IMG/VR virus record: IMGVR_UViG_3300006105_000007
Span: 1-45,007 of that record
Direction: 5' to 3' (one strand)
Origin: a virus
Lineage: Duplodnaviria > Caudoviricetes
Length of the DNA stretch: 45,007 nt
Part shown: one piece after another, positions 9,315 through 18,969 of the stretch
How the letters are laid out: every line of letters begins with the position of its first letter
Numbering within the stretch: the first letter of the stretch is position 1
Position numbers and translations under genes: made by a program
The notes under the pieces: model-generated
Told to the model about the DNA's origin: nothing
Database searches by the model: none
The model's input: only the letters and a program-made list of their open reading frames with translations

Positions 9315-10168
9315 TAAGGCTCCACTGGTCTACCGGCTGGGGCTTGGGAAATGGCTGTAATCGTACCTGCGCTAATCCCACCTGCCGCCACGATGCCGCT
9401 GACTGCCAAAATAAGACTTCCTGTTGGGGCTGGTGCGGCACCTCCAGGGGTCAAAGCAATCGTGCCATTAGTGGTGACGTTAGCCGTCCATGTCTTACCC
9501 GTCAATACTGACGAATAATTGGCTGGGTCACGTGCCGTTCCGGTAACTGTTACCGTTCCGGTACCCGTCAACCCCGACACTGTTAATGCTGGGAACCCTC
9601 CAGCGTATAACGTGGAGTCAATCGTCACACCTGCTGTCTGCCCAGTGCCCACAATTAACTGTCGTAAGTAATTCGTATATGCGGCTCCAGGTCCAGACCC
9701 CGGGGCATCGGCATAGATATTCCACGGTGAAGGATTAACACCAGCAAACCATGAAGCACCGAGCGCAAGCCATGAAGGGTGTTGTAAACTTGCCCAATAG
9801 TTGATCGGATTTGCGGTGTTCAGATAGGTAAGATATGTGTCCAAGTTTCGCACAGTTTGACTCACTTGTGCCTGAATGATATTGTTTTGAATAGCGAATA
9901 AAAGCTGGGATAGATTTCGACCGGCCTGGGTAACACCGTCGGTAATCTGCACAAGTGTTACGCCCGAGTTTGCAAGTTGCGCTTGCAGGGATAAATCCCC
10001 ACTACCTGTAATGGCAGTGGAGATTAGAGTGGCCTTGTTTGCGGCTCCCCATCCAGCATTGCGTGGTCCGTAACCGAACCCGGAACCACTGGTGCCAAGA
10101 ATCTCAAGGTAATACCCGACGCAGTTATCGAGGATTGAATTTAAGGTGGTTGCTGTAATGACTGACAT
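9314..10168 (-). CDS. Putative virion structural protein
   Basis: 284 aa, G/T/A-rich (GTGTVTVTGT), in the head-tail joining cluster. Confidence 0.6.
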   Translation of the reverse strand: MSVITATTLNSILDNCVGYYLEILGTSGSGFGYGPRNAGWGAANKATLISTAITGSGDLSLQAQLANSGVTLVQITDGVTQAGRNLSQLLFAIQNNIIQAQVSQTVRNLDTYLTYLNTANPINYWASLQHPSWLALGASWFAGVNPSPWNIYADAPGSGPGAAYTNYLRQLIVGTGQTAGVTIDSTLYAGGFPALTVSGLTGTGTVTVTGTARDPANYSSVLTGKTWTANVTTNGTIALTPGGAAPAPTGSLILAVSGIVAAGGISAGTITAISQAPAGRPVEP

Positions 10169-10174
10169 ATTTCA

Positions 10175-10702
10175 CTAAGTTCCTGGCAAGACATCGTAAT
10201 CTGGGTTGAATTCATTGGATGCAGGGGTGCATTCTTGATCGCCAGTAAGCGAATCAGATGCCAACCCAACTTGCAATCTAAACTTTCTATCGGCCTGTTT
10301 GGAGCCAATCGAACTATATCGCACTAGCTCTGGTACCGACGTGAACCCTTTAATCAGGTTTCGCATCATGCGCTTGTAGGTTCCGTCGATGTACCTGGCG
10401 TACGTGGTTGCTCCACCTCCACCGTGCGAGTCTAGTGACACGTCCGCGAACCCTTGAACCTGCGCGTATGACATGCTCTCAATGATTGAGGCCGTCAAAA
10501 GATTTGCCATGGTCAGCACGTACGCTGGTGGAGGGTTGTTAATTTGTACGTTTTCTGGGTTGTACGGCCAGAAAAAATAGTTGGCGAGGTCGCCGTCGAT
10601 CTGGCTGTCGCAAATAGAAGACGCGACCGTAAATAGATCACCTGCGTTGGTAATCTGGTTCTGACACAAAGTCTTAACCGTGTTTTGATTCGCGTATGGC
10701 AT
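10175..10702 (-). CDS. Head-tail adaptor (Mu gp36-like)
   Basis: MPYA start and SQIDGDLANY motif, directly after the capsid gene. Confidence 0.65.
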   Translation of the reverse strand: MPYANQNTVKTLCQNQITNAGDLFTVASSICDSQIDGDLANYFFWPYNPENVQINNPPPAYVLTMANLLTASIIESMSYAQVQGFADVSLDSHGGGGATTYARYIDGTYKRMMRNLIKGFTSVPELVRYSSIGSKQADRKFRLQVGLASDSLTGDQECTPASNEFNPDYDVLPGT

Positions 10703-10713
10703 CTTAATACAAG

Positions 10714-10744
10714 AATACCCCCTGAATTGCGTTCAAGGGGTATT
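10714..10744 (-). terminator. Stem-loop/intrinsic terminator after the major capsid gene
   Basis: Minus strand aataccccttgaa-cgcaa-ttcagggggtatt, followed by cttgtatt. Confidence 0.65.
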
Positions 10745-10753
10745 TACCGGCCA

Positions 10754-11680
10754 TTAGAGCCCTGCGGGGAGTGTGCAGGTGATAAGGTAACCGCATTCCG
10801 AGGCGATAACCTTATTGACCCAGTTGTAGTTGTCGATGTACTTGTTGGACATTGGGTCCAACTTGCGCTCGACCACAACATTGTCCTCGTTCCAGAACCG
10901 AGCGCCATATGTCAGAACATACTTTTGCATTGGCTGAGGAGCGACGTATCCGACCCAGATATTATCTGGCATGATACGAGTGTTAGAGGTTGCTTGACCG
11001 TCGTTATTGGTGTTAGCGATTGCCTGAACGTACTTGACTTGGATGCCGAGCAAGTTCTGGGGAAGCATCAAACCGCCAATCTCGACCGTTGGAACAACGT
11101 ACTTGACGCTTTCCTGGTATTGAGTCGTCAAAACGATTGCACGCATCGTGTCAGGGTGCATGACGAGCATGTTGGGACTGACACCAGCGGCAAGTTCAAT
11201 GGCTCGTACCGCAACAGCAAGAGGAGTCTTCCAGTCGGCAGTTGCGGCTGTAGACAAGTCTAGAGTCGTGCTACCGGAGTTCTGACTAGCCGTATTGAGC
11301 GGACTAGCTGAACCGAACGAAATGATCTCCTGCTCAAGAAGAAGCTTCTCCTTCACGAACTGGACGGCGACAACCGAAAGATCAACTTCGTCGTCAACTT
11401 CATTCTGCTCGTCGTCATAGACGAACGTGGAGAATGCGTGTCGGTCCAAAGCATATACGTCGTTTGTCCAACCGAAGTCTGCACTGACTGACTCTTGGCG
11501 AACACCTCGGTAGGTATTCGTGTAGTCGTACAGCGTCTTATCGAATCTGAGGTAGTTACCGGTCGCCATCTTAACTTTAAGTGGCTTCCAAACCTCGTCG
11601 GCGATAAACCGGTGGTTCTTATACAGAACCGACATATTGCTCAGGAGTTTATTGTAACCTGATGCGACTGAATTAGGCAT
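10754..11680 (-). CDS. Major capsid protein (HK97 fold)
   Basis: 308 aa. LSNMSVLYKN..FIADEVWKPLKV N-terminus and PNMLVM motif are typical of this capsid class. Follows the protease and decoration genes. Confidence 0.88.
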   Translation of the reverse strand: MPNSVASGYNKLLSNMSVLYKNHRFIADEVWKPLKVKMATGNYLRFDKTLYDYTNTYRGVRQESVSADFGWTNDVYALDRHAFSTFVYDDEQNEVDDEVDLSVVAVQFVKEKLLLEQEIISFGSASPLNTASQNSGSTTLDLSTAATADWKTPLAVAVRAIELAAGVSPNMLVMHPDTMRAIVLTTQYQESVKYVVPTVEIGGLMLPQNLLGIQVKYVQAIANTNNDGQATSNTRIMPDNIWVGYVAPQPMQKYVLTYGARFWNEDNVVVERKLDPMSNKYIDNYNWVNKVIASECGYLITCTLPAGL

Positions 11681-11697
11681 GTTTCTTCAATATCTCC

Positions 11698-12294
11698 TTA
11701 TGCGTAGAACGGTGCCGTATCGAGTGCGACCGGAACCAAATCGTACTGTGCCGTTGTCGTGGTAAGCGCATAACCCAATGGGAAATACAATACATTAGTG
11801 CCAGTTGACTGCGGAACAACTGCCGTGTCGTTAACCAATCCCACGTTGTACGTAAGAGTTGGTGTGCCACTTGGAAGTGACATGACGCCCAAAAGGATTC
11901 GTGGCAAGTTGGTCAACGGAGTCTGCGCATTTGTTCGGCTCACGTTGGCGACGTGGAACAATCGCGTATCAGCCGTAACTGCCTCATTGCAGATCGCAGG
12001 GAAAATACCCTTCGTCACAACCGAGATCGACTTACCGCTATAAGTGGAACCCATTGCGATACCAACGATTCGGCGAGTCGGAAGACCTGCGGATACTGGA
12101 GTGGGAACGTACAGGTTGCCAAGTGCGGCTCCCTGAATACCAGCCGCAATCGCATTCGTTACGTCCGTTGCATTGCCAAGGCTTACCGAAGAGAATGCGG
12201 CAAGGGGCTGACCACTGTTAAGATTGTCGTAGTAGATACCTCCTACGATAGCGTCTTTAATTGGCTGTTCCCAAACCTGTTGTGTAAAGGCCAT
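11698..12294 (-). CDS. Capsid decoration/cement protein
   Basis: Lies between scaffold and capsid. IVGIA..SVVTKG and LGYALTTTTA..DLVPV match the DUF2190-like pattern. Confidence 0.65.
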   Translation of the reverse strand: MAFTQQVWEQPIKDAIVGGIYYDNLNSGQPLAAFSSVSLGNATDVTNAIAAGIQGAALGNLYVPTPVSAGLPTRRIVGIAMGSTYSGKSISVVTKGIFPAICNEAVTADTRLFHVANVSRTNAQTPLTNLPRILLGVMSLPSGTPTLTYNVGLVNDTAVVPQSTGTNVLYFPLGYALTTTTAQYDLVPVALDTAPFYA

Positions 12295-13586
12295 TAGTTA
12301 GGCACCTCCGACATGTTTCTGATACCGTGCTTCTTCAAGACTTCGCGCAATGCGACATCTTGGCCGACTTTACTTGCCTGGGCAAGTTTCTTGGCTTCAC
12401 TCAAGAAGAACTCTGCGTTCTTTGGTTTACGGTCCCGGGCCTGGACAGGCTGGAATCGCTCCGAAAGACTTTTGGACTTGTGTGCGCCGTCAAATGGAGT
12501 TGGCTTTTCCTTATCTCCATCTGCATCACCCATCTCCATCTGGCCGTTTTCGTCAAGGTCTGCATCTTCGTCGCTATAAGCCTTACCGGTTGGCTGAACG
12601 TGAACGACATCACCCGGAAGCGAGTTAATCGTCTCCGTAAGCATGTCGATTAGATCGCACTTTCGAATACCGCCGGTTCCCTGACGATAAATTGACCCAG
12701 TATCACCTTCGGCTTCTTCGGCTAGTTCGACCACTCGCATACCACTATTGATGATAGTTTCGGCAAGCTTGGCAAACTGCAAGGCGGCTTGAGGAGTCAA
12801 AGCTCCTCGCTTTTCCATCGCGTTTGACAACACTCCACCAAACTTGTCAAGCTCTACGGCTCGTTTAGTCTGAATTTCGCGCAGTTCGTACTGCTTAATT
12901 TTCTCGGCAAGCGAGATATTTGCCTGTTTCGCCTTATTTGCCTCTTCCGACAAGGTAACCACTTTAGCGGCTTCCTTTTCGGCCTTAGCAAGTGCGGCTT
13001 TCAGGGTTTCAATTTCATTTGGCATTGATTGGTTACCTCTCTCGGTTGCGACCGAGAATTCCGACAAGTTTAGGACGCGCATCGCAGGTTCCATACCCTT
13101 GATGAATGGACGATTAGTGAGCCCGAGCCCAGAAAGCACGTTTTCAGGCTTACGGGTGGCTGGGTTCTCCCAGTTAAAAAATAGTTCTGACGAGCAAAAA
13201 GCAAGACTGCCTTCATCAACCATCTTGGTAATGTCTGGCGACGTTAGCTCTATGTAGGCATACAAGCCCTGCTGGTCGTCAGATAGCTCCAGCGCACGGA
13301 TAAACCCGCAATCATGTCGGTCACTTTTAGAGTGCGCCTTACCCGGAGTCTCCTCTGGTGTGCGCTGTACGGGTCCGTCGATAGGCACAGGGTAATAAAC
13401 CTGCGACTCGAAGTTGGATTTCAGTTCCTGGAGCAACGCTGATGTAACGATCAGAGTGTCTTCGTTACCGTCTTCGTCCTCGGAATACTTCCAATCGCCC
13501 GTTTTAAGGACTTGAATGCGAAATAACCCATCCTTATCCTTGACGGGGATATTTGATAGAAAATATATTGATTTCTGGCTATGCAC
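12294..13586 (-). CDS. Prohead protease/scaffold (Mu gpI-like)
   Basis: IQVLKTGDW, SSEL and GLGLTNRPFIKGM motifs, followed by a coiled-coil scaffold half. Confidence 0.85.
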   Translation of the reverse strand: MHSQKSIYFLSNIPVKDKDGLFRIQVLKTGDWKYSEDEDGNEDTLIVTSALLQELKSNFESQVYYPVPIDGPVQRTPEETPGKAHSKSDRHDCGFIRALELSDDQQGLYAYIELTSPDITKMVDEGSLAFCSSELFFNWENPATRKPENVLSGLGLTNRPFIKGMEPAMRVLNLSEFSVATERGNQSMPNEIETLKAALAKAEKEAAKVVTLSEEANKAKQANISLAEKIKQYELREIQTKRAVELDKFGGVLSNAMEKRGALTPQAALQFAKLAETIINSGMRVVELAEEAEGDTGSIYRQGTGGIRKCDLIDMLTETINSLPGDVVHVQPTGKAYSDEDADLDENGQMEMGDADGDKEKPTPFDGAHKSKSLSERFQPVQARDRKPKNAEFFLSEAKKLAQASKVGQDVALREVLKKHGIRNMSEVPN

Positions 13587-13674
13587 TCATGATCGTGGTT
13601 TGGTGTTCTGCGTATTAAGGCCACTACCAACTAAAATTATACACTATCTTCAAAACAAGACTCATAAAACACAA

Positions 13675-13702
13675 AATCCCCACCTAAAAATAGGTGGGGA
13701 TT
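13675..13702 (-). terminator. Intrinsic terminator
   Basis: aatccccaccta-N4-taggtggggatt perfect stem, followed by ttgtgtttt on the minus strand. Confidence 0.75.
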
Positions 13703-13712
13703 CAAAGTGGGC

Positions 13713-14093
13713 TTAGAATTTAACGCCGAGCGTGGCAACAATGCCTGTGCTTAGTTGCTTTCCGGTATTCATTGTCACTGCCGCACCCAACGTTCCAATA
13801 TAAGGAGTCTGTGGGAGCGTCCATGAGCCGGTCAATGAAAATCCTGTCATGCCCGTAAAGTTTGAAAATCGAGGATTGTCGCTAGTGGTGCCTACGATTG
13901 CTGACAAGTCGAGGCCAAATTTCTTGAGTTGGTCGATGCGTGTCATCAAAATCGGGCCGCACTGGTGAGTCTTGAAATCCATGTAGATTGCCGGTCGAAC
14001 TGGAGCATCCTTGGGAATGGTTACAGTAAACGACTGAGCACTTGCGCCAGCGACGATTGCGGACATTGCGAGAAAAGTTGTAATTGTCTTCAT
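13713..14093 (-). CDS. Small secreted, putative outer-membrane beta-barrel protein
   Basis: Sec signal peptide MKTITTFLAMSAIVAGASA, amphipathic beta strands, C-terminal ...TLGVKF (terminal Phe). Confidence 0.65.
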   Translation of the reverse strand: MKTITTFLAMSAIVAGASAQSFTVTIPKDAPVRPAIYMDFKTHQCGPILMTRIDQLKKFGLDLSAIVGTTSDNPRFSNFTGMTGFSLTGSWTLPQTPYIGTLGAAVTMNTGKQLSTGIVATLGVKF

Positions 14094-14114
14094 AATTTTC
14101 CTACCTCGAATATT

Positions 14115-14408
14115 TTACCCTCTTCCAAGAGGGTAAAATCCACCTTCAATCTCAAACATGCGTGAAATGTTGTCTGGATTGTCGAGTTGAGTCCTCTGCT
14201 CAATCTTTTCCACCGTCATCGGTAAGCCATTTTTGATGGTTATCATGCTCAAATAGCCTTGCTTGAGCCTTCGCATTAAGAGGATCAGAGCGTATTCTGA
14301 AAGGTGCAAATGAGTCGTAATGTGACCCTCTGGAACCTCCACTGGAGATAAGACACTCTCAGTTTCGGGTTCTTTAGATTTCGTTTGGTTTGATTTGACT
14401 GTTGACAT
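14115..14408 (-). CDS. Hypothetical protein
   Basis: 97 aa ORF in the operon, overlapping the upstream gene. Confidence 0.6.
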   Translation of the reverse strand: MSTVKSNQTKSKEPETESVLSPVEVPEGHITTHLHLSEYALILLMRRLKQGYLSMITIKNGLPMTVEKIEQRTQLDNPDNISRMFEIEGGFYPLGRG

Positions 14409-14940
14409 AAGCTAATTCATCCTGTGCTTGAGTAATAACGGAGCATTTGAACCGCATTCGGAACCCGCGAGATAACATTCCTTGATTTGACAATACTTCG
14501 ATGTATCTCGTATCCTGAACTGGACAATATGCTCGACCGTTGGCGTTAACGTAAACGACTACTTCGCCGTCTGACATATTTAATGACATGCTCCGTTGAA
14601 GTAGGACATCTTTGATGCCAGCGGCCAGCTTTTCCACCGACCTTGCCAGCACTTCGGGTTCTGTGCCGCGAATCATTCCGTAAATATCGAATTGGAATTG
14701 AGTCAAATAGTTATTTGGCATCGAATACCAGTCGTAATCCTCGGAAATATGCTGAATCATGATGAGCGGATAACTGTTACCGTCAGGAGCCGCCTTCCAA
14801 TAAGGCAACACAAATTGCAATTCATAGGGACCAGCTTCCAGTAAAAGGGCATTAATGTAGCTCTTTTGGTCTGAAATGGCATCCGCGATTGCTTGCGCGA
14901 CCATTGCTGAATCTGCCATTACAGTAACCATTCCTCGCAA
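14374..14940 (-). CDS. Putative tail terminator/completion protein
   Basis: YPLIMI..SED motif and an alpha/beta pattern typical of tail terminators. The start may be 14919 (MADSA). Confidence 0.55.
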   Translation of the reverse strand: MRGMVTVMADSAMVAQAIADAISDQKSYINALLLEAGPYELQFVLPYWKAAPDGNSYPLIMIQHISEDYDWYSMPNNYLTQFQFDIYGMIRGTEPEVLARSVEKLAAGIKDVLLQRSMSLNMSDGEVVVYVNANGRAYCPVQDTRYIEVLSNQGMLSRGFRMRFKCSVITQAQDELAYVNSQIKPNEI

Positions 14941-15101
14941 GTAATGGAACGATATTGGGAGTCAGGATAAATTGTCTTGATCAACCCAACAAGATCGTCG
15001 GCCTTTGTCTTGCTTTTGAATAGCATCCGTTTTCCATCCTTGGAAAAGATAACAGACTCGCCCGATGCCCAGACGACACGCACGAACCAACGCTTATTCA
15101 T
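14919..15101 (-). CDS. Hypothetical protein
   Basis: 60 aa ORF overlapping both neighbours. Confidence 0.55.
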   Translation of the reverse strand: MNKRWFVRVVWASGESVIFSKDGKRMLFKSKTKADDLVGLIKTIYPDSQYRSITCEEWLL

Positions 15102-15312
15102 CGTTGCCTCTTGCGGGGGCTGAGTTTAATTGTGCGGCCCGGTACTCACGGTTCATAGCCATGAAGTAGGCGGCAACTGCATACGGCATTGTCATGATAT
15201 TTGGCTCCCATAGTTTTCCGAGGTACGCATCGAATAATGCGACCTCGGCTTGAACTATTTCGTCTTTTTGTGCCCCTTCACTTCCCCAGCGGTAGGCGAC
15301 TCCAACAAAAAA
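15094..15312 (-). CDS. -1 frameshift extension of the tail chaperone (gpGT-like, ~210 aa fusion)
   Basis: From T TTT TTG (15312-15306) the -1 frame is open for about 71 codons (FVGVAYRWG...IMTMPY...GNDE) to TAA at 15096-15094, filling the gap. Confidence 0.72.
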   Translation of the reverse strand, partial: FFVGVAYRWGSEGAQKDEIVQAEVALFDAYLGKLWEPNIMTMPYAVAAYFMAMNREYRAAQLNSAPARGNDE

Positions 15313-15725
15313 AGTAGCCTATCTGGGTCAGGTTCCGACGCAAATTGAACTTCTTCAAAAATTGCTTGCGCCATGAGCGGTGATAAATTTTCTACCGTCG
15401 CTCGATCCATACCCGTTGAGGCCATGATTAGCTCTAAGTTCATCCGTGATTGATCGAGCCTGAACTCTCCCTGTGACACAGTTGTCGACACCCGCGCCGC
15501 TTCAATTTTTTGACCGTAGGTGTACGGTTTAATATCGACTACTAGCTCTTTTAGGGAGCCGCTGTCACGTGCCGCCTTGAGCAAATCTTCTTGATTTTTG
15601 ACGTACGCGTCGGTGTCAAGCCCGGACTTCTTGGCAAATGCCACACTGCGCTCTAGGCGCTCTCCGGTAGGAAGAACCGCAAGTCTTCCCTTATCGTCTT
15701 CTATATACTGGAATTGGACTTGCAT
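15255..15725 (-). CDS. Tail assembly chaperone (gpG-like)
   Basis: 156 aa with IKPYTYGQ and VENLS motifs. Slippery T TTT TTG near its 3' end. Confidence 0.7.
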   Translation of the reverse strand: MQVQFQYIEDDKGRLAVLPTGERLERSVAFAKKSGLDTDAYVKNQEDLLKAARDSGSLKELVVDIKPYTYGQKIEAARVSTTVSQGEFRLDQSRMNLELIMASTGMDRATVENLSPLMAQAIFEEVQFASEPDPDRLLFLLESPTAGEVKGHKKTK

Positions 15726-15970
15726 TAGTTGTCACCAAACCCAAACGCCAGGTGCTTGCAATCGCTTACTAGCCTATCAGTAACGCTTACGGACAACCTA
15801 AACTGGTCAAGTCCGGTCTGCTCCATTGAAAAAACTACAATCGCGTCATGAAGAATAGCGATTTCAGTGTCTCCGTCCATCATTGGTCCTTTTCCGTTTG
15901 CGGCACGATTGCGCTTAACAATATCGACCACTGCACTAAGAACTGTTCCAAATCTTTCTGTATTATCCAT
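15725..15970 (-). CDS. Hypothetical protein
   Basis: 81 aa; its stop overlaps the next start. Confidence 0.6.
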   Translation of the reverse strand: MDNTERFGTVLSAVVDIVKRNRAANGKGPMMDGDTEIAILHDAIVVFSMEQTGLDQFRLSVSVTDRLVSDCKHLAFGFGDN

Positions 15971-16211
15971 GCCACTTCCCTACAAGCGTATCGCTTGCTA
16001 CTTTCTGAATCAATCGTGCGTCAGATAGCCGACGCGCCTGTGTCGAATCTCGCAAGATGGATAGGATTTTCAATAATGCGCCCACCATTTGCTGATTTTG
16101 TTTGCAAAGTGTTTCGTGCCCAGGGTGCCCACTCATTGGCTGGCGACACGCCTTGCACTTGAATTCAGATGCGTCCCGCTCGGATAAGACTACTTCTTGT
16201 TCATTTTCCAT
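15963..16211 (-). CDS. Hypothetical protein with Cys/His motif
   Basis: CKAC...H..H...C motif; GGAG RBS. Confidence 0.6.
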   Translation of the reverse strand: MENEQEVVLSERDASEFKCKACRQPMSGHPGHETLCKQNQQMVGALLKILSILRDSTQARRLSDARLIQKVASDTLVGKWHG

Positions 16212-16213
16212 CT

Positions 16214-16390
16214 TTACTCCCCGTCTGGTACTCCCCGGTGCAAGAACCTTCCTTGCTCTGGATCAAACCATACAATCAATGTACCTTCGCTGACTCGCCA
16301 AAGCGAGATTTGCATGGGTTTTGACTTCAAAATATCACCCACTTGTTCTATAACGTAGGGGACAGCTTCTTCAAACGTTAGATTTTCCAT
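16214..16390 (-). CDS. Hypothetical protein (58 aa, MENLTFEEAVPY...)
   Basis: Translated by hand; fills the gap after the portal gene and has a GAGG RBS. Confidence 0.55.
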   Translation of the reverse strand: MENLTFEEAVPYVIEQVGDILKSKPMQISLWRVSEGTLIVWFDPEQGRFLHRGVPDGE

Positions 16391-16396
16391 TTACCC

Positions 16397-17959
16397 TCAA
16401 GGGGGAGCCGCACCTGCCGGTTCCCCTGAAATTTCCTGCTGGTTTGTCGGGTCTACCGATTCCGGTGAGATAATACCAAGACTTCCAGCCTTTTGAATCA
16501 TGTACGGGATACCTACACTTTGAAGGATATAGGCCCAGTCAATTCCAATCTGGTTACCGTTGCCGTCCATAAGTGGTTTACCGGATGCCGCTGACTGAAT
16601 AATTGCCGTCATAAGCATGAGGCTTGGGTCCACGTCAGGTGGCTCAAATTCAATAACGATAGGAGGAGCACCGTCCCCAAAGTTCAAGCGATTCCAAGGG
16701 GCCAGAATTTGCTGGTCGATAACCTGCTTGAGCCCGTCGAGACGAGCATTGACCTGGCGCAAGAACAAGTCGATCATGGACTTTCCTAGCGTGTAGGTTC
16801 CTCGATCTGGAGACTCGCTGGTTGCATATCCCGGGATACCGAACGACGTACGAATCATGTCGTTGATATGCTTAATCATCTCCACGTAATGTTGGGCACC
16901 GTCACCCTTCACTTCCAGGAGGTCGATACCCCAATATTCCTTGCTTGTCTGCGGGTCAAACTCAGATGCGTACGCGACAGATGCTCCGGAGTCGAGCCCG
17001 TCAAGAATACCCATCATGATGTCTTTGTTATCGACCCTCTGTGGAATACCATTGGCGTCCACTTGGCCCGTAGCAGTAAATCCTGGACGGAATTTACCTA
17101 CTTTGTATGGCGCACCATAAAGGTCAGCCCACTTAGCCATGTCGTCGTACAGACGCTCCGCTAGGCGTACAAATGGGATTGAAGACTTTGTTTGGGCAAA
17201 TCCGTACAAGGAGTCGAATTCACGGTCGTTGACGTAGTGAACAAGCTTTGAAGCTGGAATGTCAATTCGTCCCGCCATCGCTGGAACGTACTGTTTAATT
17301 CCTCCAAAGTCTCCTGTGAATGGGTCAACACACAAAATTGTGTCGCTGGGATCGAAGTATACAAATTTCTTAAATCCAACTGCGTAGGGGAAAATATATT
17401 CTTCAATCCCCGAGTCTGACTGTGACGTGGAAGTCCGGACATTGTACTTGTACTCTTCGACTTTTTCTGCGACTTGATTCCCAAATTGCAATGCTCCCCG
17501 TGTCAGGTTTTCGGTTAGCCCTCGTATGTGGGGCCGAACCAATACTGCCGCCAACTGGACCGCTTGGTCGTTAGGCGAGACAAAATGGCATCCAGCACGG
17601 CTAACAGCAGACACTACAACATTAACGCAATCGCGCAGAACAGGATAAAAGCGGACCTTATCATACGTGTCATAGTCAACCTCGTCGTATCGAATTGCAA
17701 GGGCCGCATTTGGGCCGTAAGGCATCTTGACTGCGCCCTGCGATGGAGAAGTAAATCGTGCTTCGCCAGTACGACCAAACTGCCTTGGGTCGATTGCGGC
17801 ACCTCCTCCGAGGTAATTCGCAAACGACTGTGCCATTTCCGCAAGTCGAGCCTTGACGCCCTGTGGAGTTTCTTTACTGGTAACCGGCACTTGAAATGAA
17901 TTAGTCTGTGCCAGTGGTGCCGCCAGCTTGTTCTGTTGTGATTTCGGTGAATTCCGCAT
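16397..17959 (-). CDS. Portal protein (Mu gp29/DUF935-like)
   Basis: ~520 aa with WADLYGAPYKVGK and QQILAPWNRLNFG motifs, next to TerS. Confidence 0.85.
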   Translation of the reverse strand: MRNSPKSQQNKLAAPLAQTNSFQVPVTSKETPQGVKARLAEMAQSFANYLGGGAAIDPRQFGRTGEARFTSPSQGAVKMPYGPNAALAIRYDEVDYDTYDKVRFYPVLRDCVNVVVSAVSRAGCHFVSPNDQAVQLAAVLVRPHIRGLTENLTRGALQFGNQVAEKVEEYKYNVRTSTSQSDSGIEEYIFPYAVGFKKFVYFDPSDTILCVDPFTGDFGGIKQYVPAMAGRIDIPASKLVHYVNDREFDSLYGFAQTKSSIPFVRLAERLYDDMAKWADLYGAPYKVGKFRPGFTATGQVDANGIPQRVDNKDIMMGILDGLDSGASVAYASEFDPQTSKEYWGIDLLEVKGDGAQHYVEMIKHINDMIRTSFGIPGYATSESPDRGTYTLGKSMIDLFLRQVNARLDGLKQVIDQQILAPWNRLNFGDGAPPIVIEFEPPDVDPSLMLMTAIIQSAASGKPLMDGNGNQIGIDWAYILQSVGIPYMIQKAGSLGIISPESVDPTNQQEISGEPAGAAPP

Positions 17960-18440
17960 CTTGTACTTCCATTTTAGCATCCTGACCCTGGATTGCCTTG
18001 ATTGTCTCCTGAATCATTGATGAAACTTCTACATTGACAGTGACACCCCCGGCCACCGGACCAAAGTTCTCCCGGTCAAATCTTTCAAGTAGCCATGTAG
18101 ACGCTCTCCAGTCGCCTAAAACTTCCTCTTCAATCTCCATCGTCCCCTTTTCGCTGACGACGGTTTTCTTCTTGACCTGTTTGACCCCCGCCGACGCAAT
18201 GCGGTCAAGGTACATTTCGACTGCTTCTGTCTGAGCCTTCGCAATCTTGTCTGATAGTTCCTCGTGGTGTTTGCGTACGTAATCGAAGTCCTTCCTACGC
18301 ACCCCTGCCGACGCGCACGCATGGCCGATAGGCATACCACGTGATATTAACTCTAGGACAACGTCCATGCGCCCCAAGAACTCTTGCGGTAACTTGGACC
18401 CTGGTGGGTGCAACCTTTCCAGGTCTAAACTAGGGTTCAT
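17901..18440 (-). CDS. terS: Terminase small subunit
   Basis: N-terminal HTH (HACASAGV) and DWRASTWLLER..ENFG motif, directly upstream of the portal gene. Confidence 0.75.
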   Translation of the reverse strand: MNPSLDLERLHPPGSKLPQEFLGRMDVVLELISRGMPIGHACASAGVRRKDFDYVRKHHEELSDKIAKAQTEAVEMYLDRIASAGVKQVKKKTVVSEKGTMEIEEEVLGDWRASTWLLERFDRENFGPVAGGVTVNVEVSSMIQETIKAIQGQDAKMEVQDAEFTEITTEQAGGTTGTD

Positions 18441-18612
18441 TTTGTACCGCCAGTCCACATAACCCTACAATCGTGTAGCACGACACAATATCGACGCAAC
18501 CGACGATAAAGAAACCGGCTCCAACTTTGTGCTTGAGATATATCCCAAGCCACATGAGTAGCGCCGACGAAATAAGAGACACGTAGGATAACTTTTCTGC
18601 CCACGGCTTCAT
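18430..18612 (-). CDS. Small two-TM membrane protein
   Basis: MKPWAEKL... with two hydrophobic segments; ATGA overlap with the upstream gene. Confidence 0.55.
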   Translation of the reverse strand: MKPWAEKLSYVSLISSALLMWLGIYLKHKVGAGFFIVGCVDIVSCYTIVGLCGLAVQNEP

Positions 18613-18812
18613 TCTGCATACTCCGCTTGTAGATATGCAATGATTTCCCCGAGAATGGTCGCACGAATCGCCGCCGCATCCCTTACGTACTGCGGGATAG
18701 GAACCGGCCCCTCTTCTATGTTCCATTTCCTATGGGTTGCCAATGACTCCGCGCAAGCATCGAAATACAAATCGGACAACTTCTTAATGTAATTCTGAAC
18801 TTTCTCTTCCAT
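18609..18812 (-). CDS. Hypothetical protein
   Basis: 67 aa ORF with an RBS, coupled to its neighbours. Confidence 0.6.
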   Translation of the reverse strand: MEEKVQNYIKKLSDLYFDACAESLATHRKWNIEEGPVPIPQYVRDAAAIRATILGEIIAYLQAEYAE

Positions 18813-18969
18813 TTTTCAATATCCTCTCCAAGTCTTCCCGGACCATATCGCAGATATGCGCCTGCCCCATAGAAATCCCAAACATAAGATCGTCGGCAGG
18901 ATTCTGTTTCTGCGTAATCCTGTAAAGAAACTTCATTTTTGCGATTAAATTCTCTATTTCCTTTTCCAT
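18784..18969 (-). CDS. Hypothetical protein, first gene of the late operon
   Basis: 61 aa; CATAAT lies 5 nt before the ATG. Confidence 0.55.
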   Translation of the reverse strand: MEKEIENLIAKMKFLYRITQKQNPADDLMFGISMGQAHICDMVREDLERILKNGRESSELH

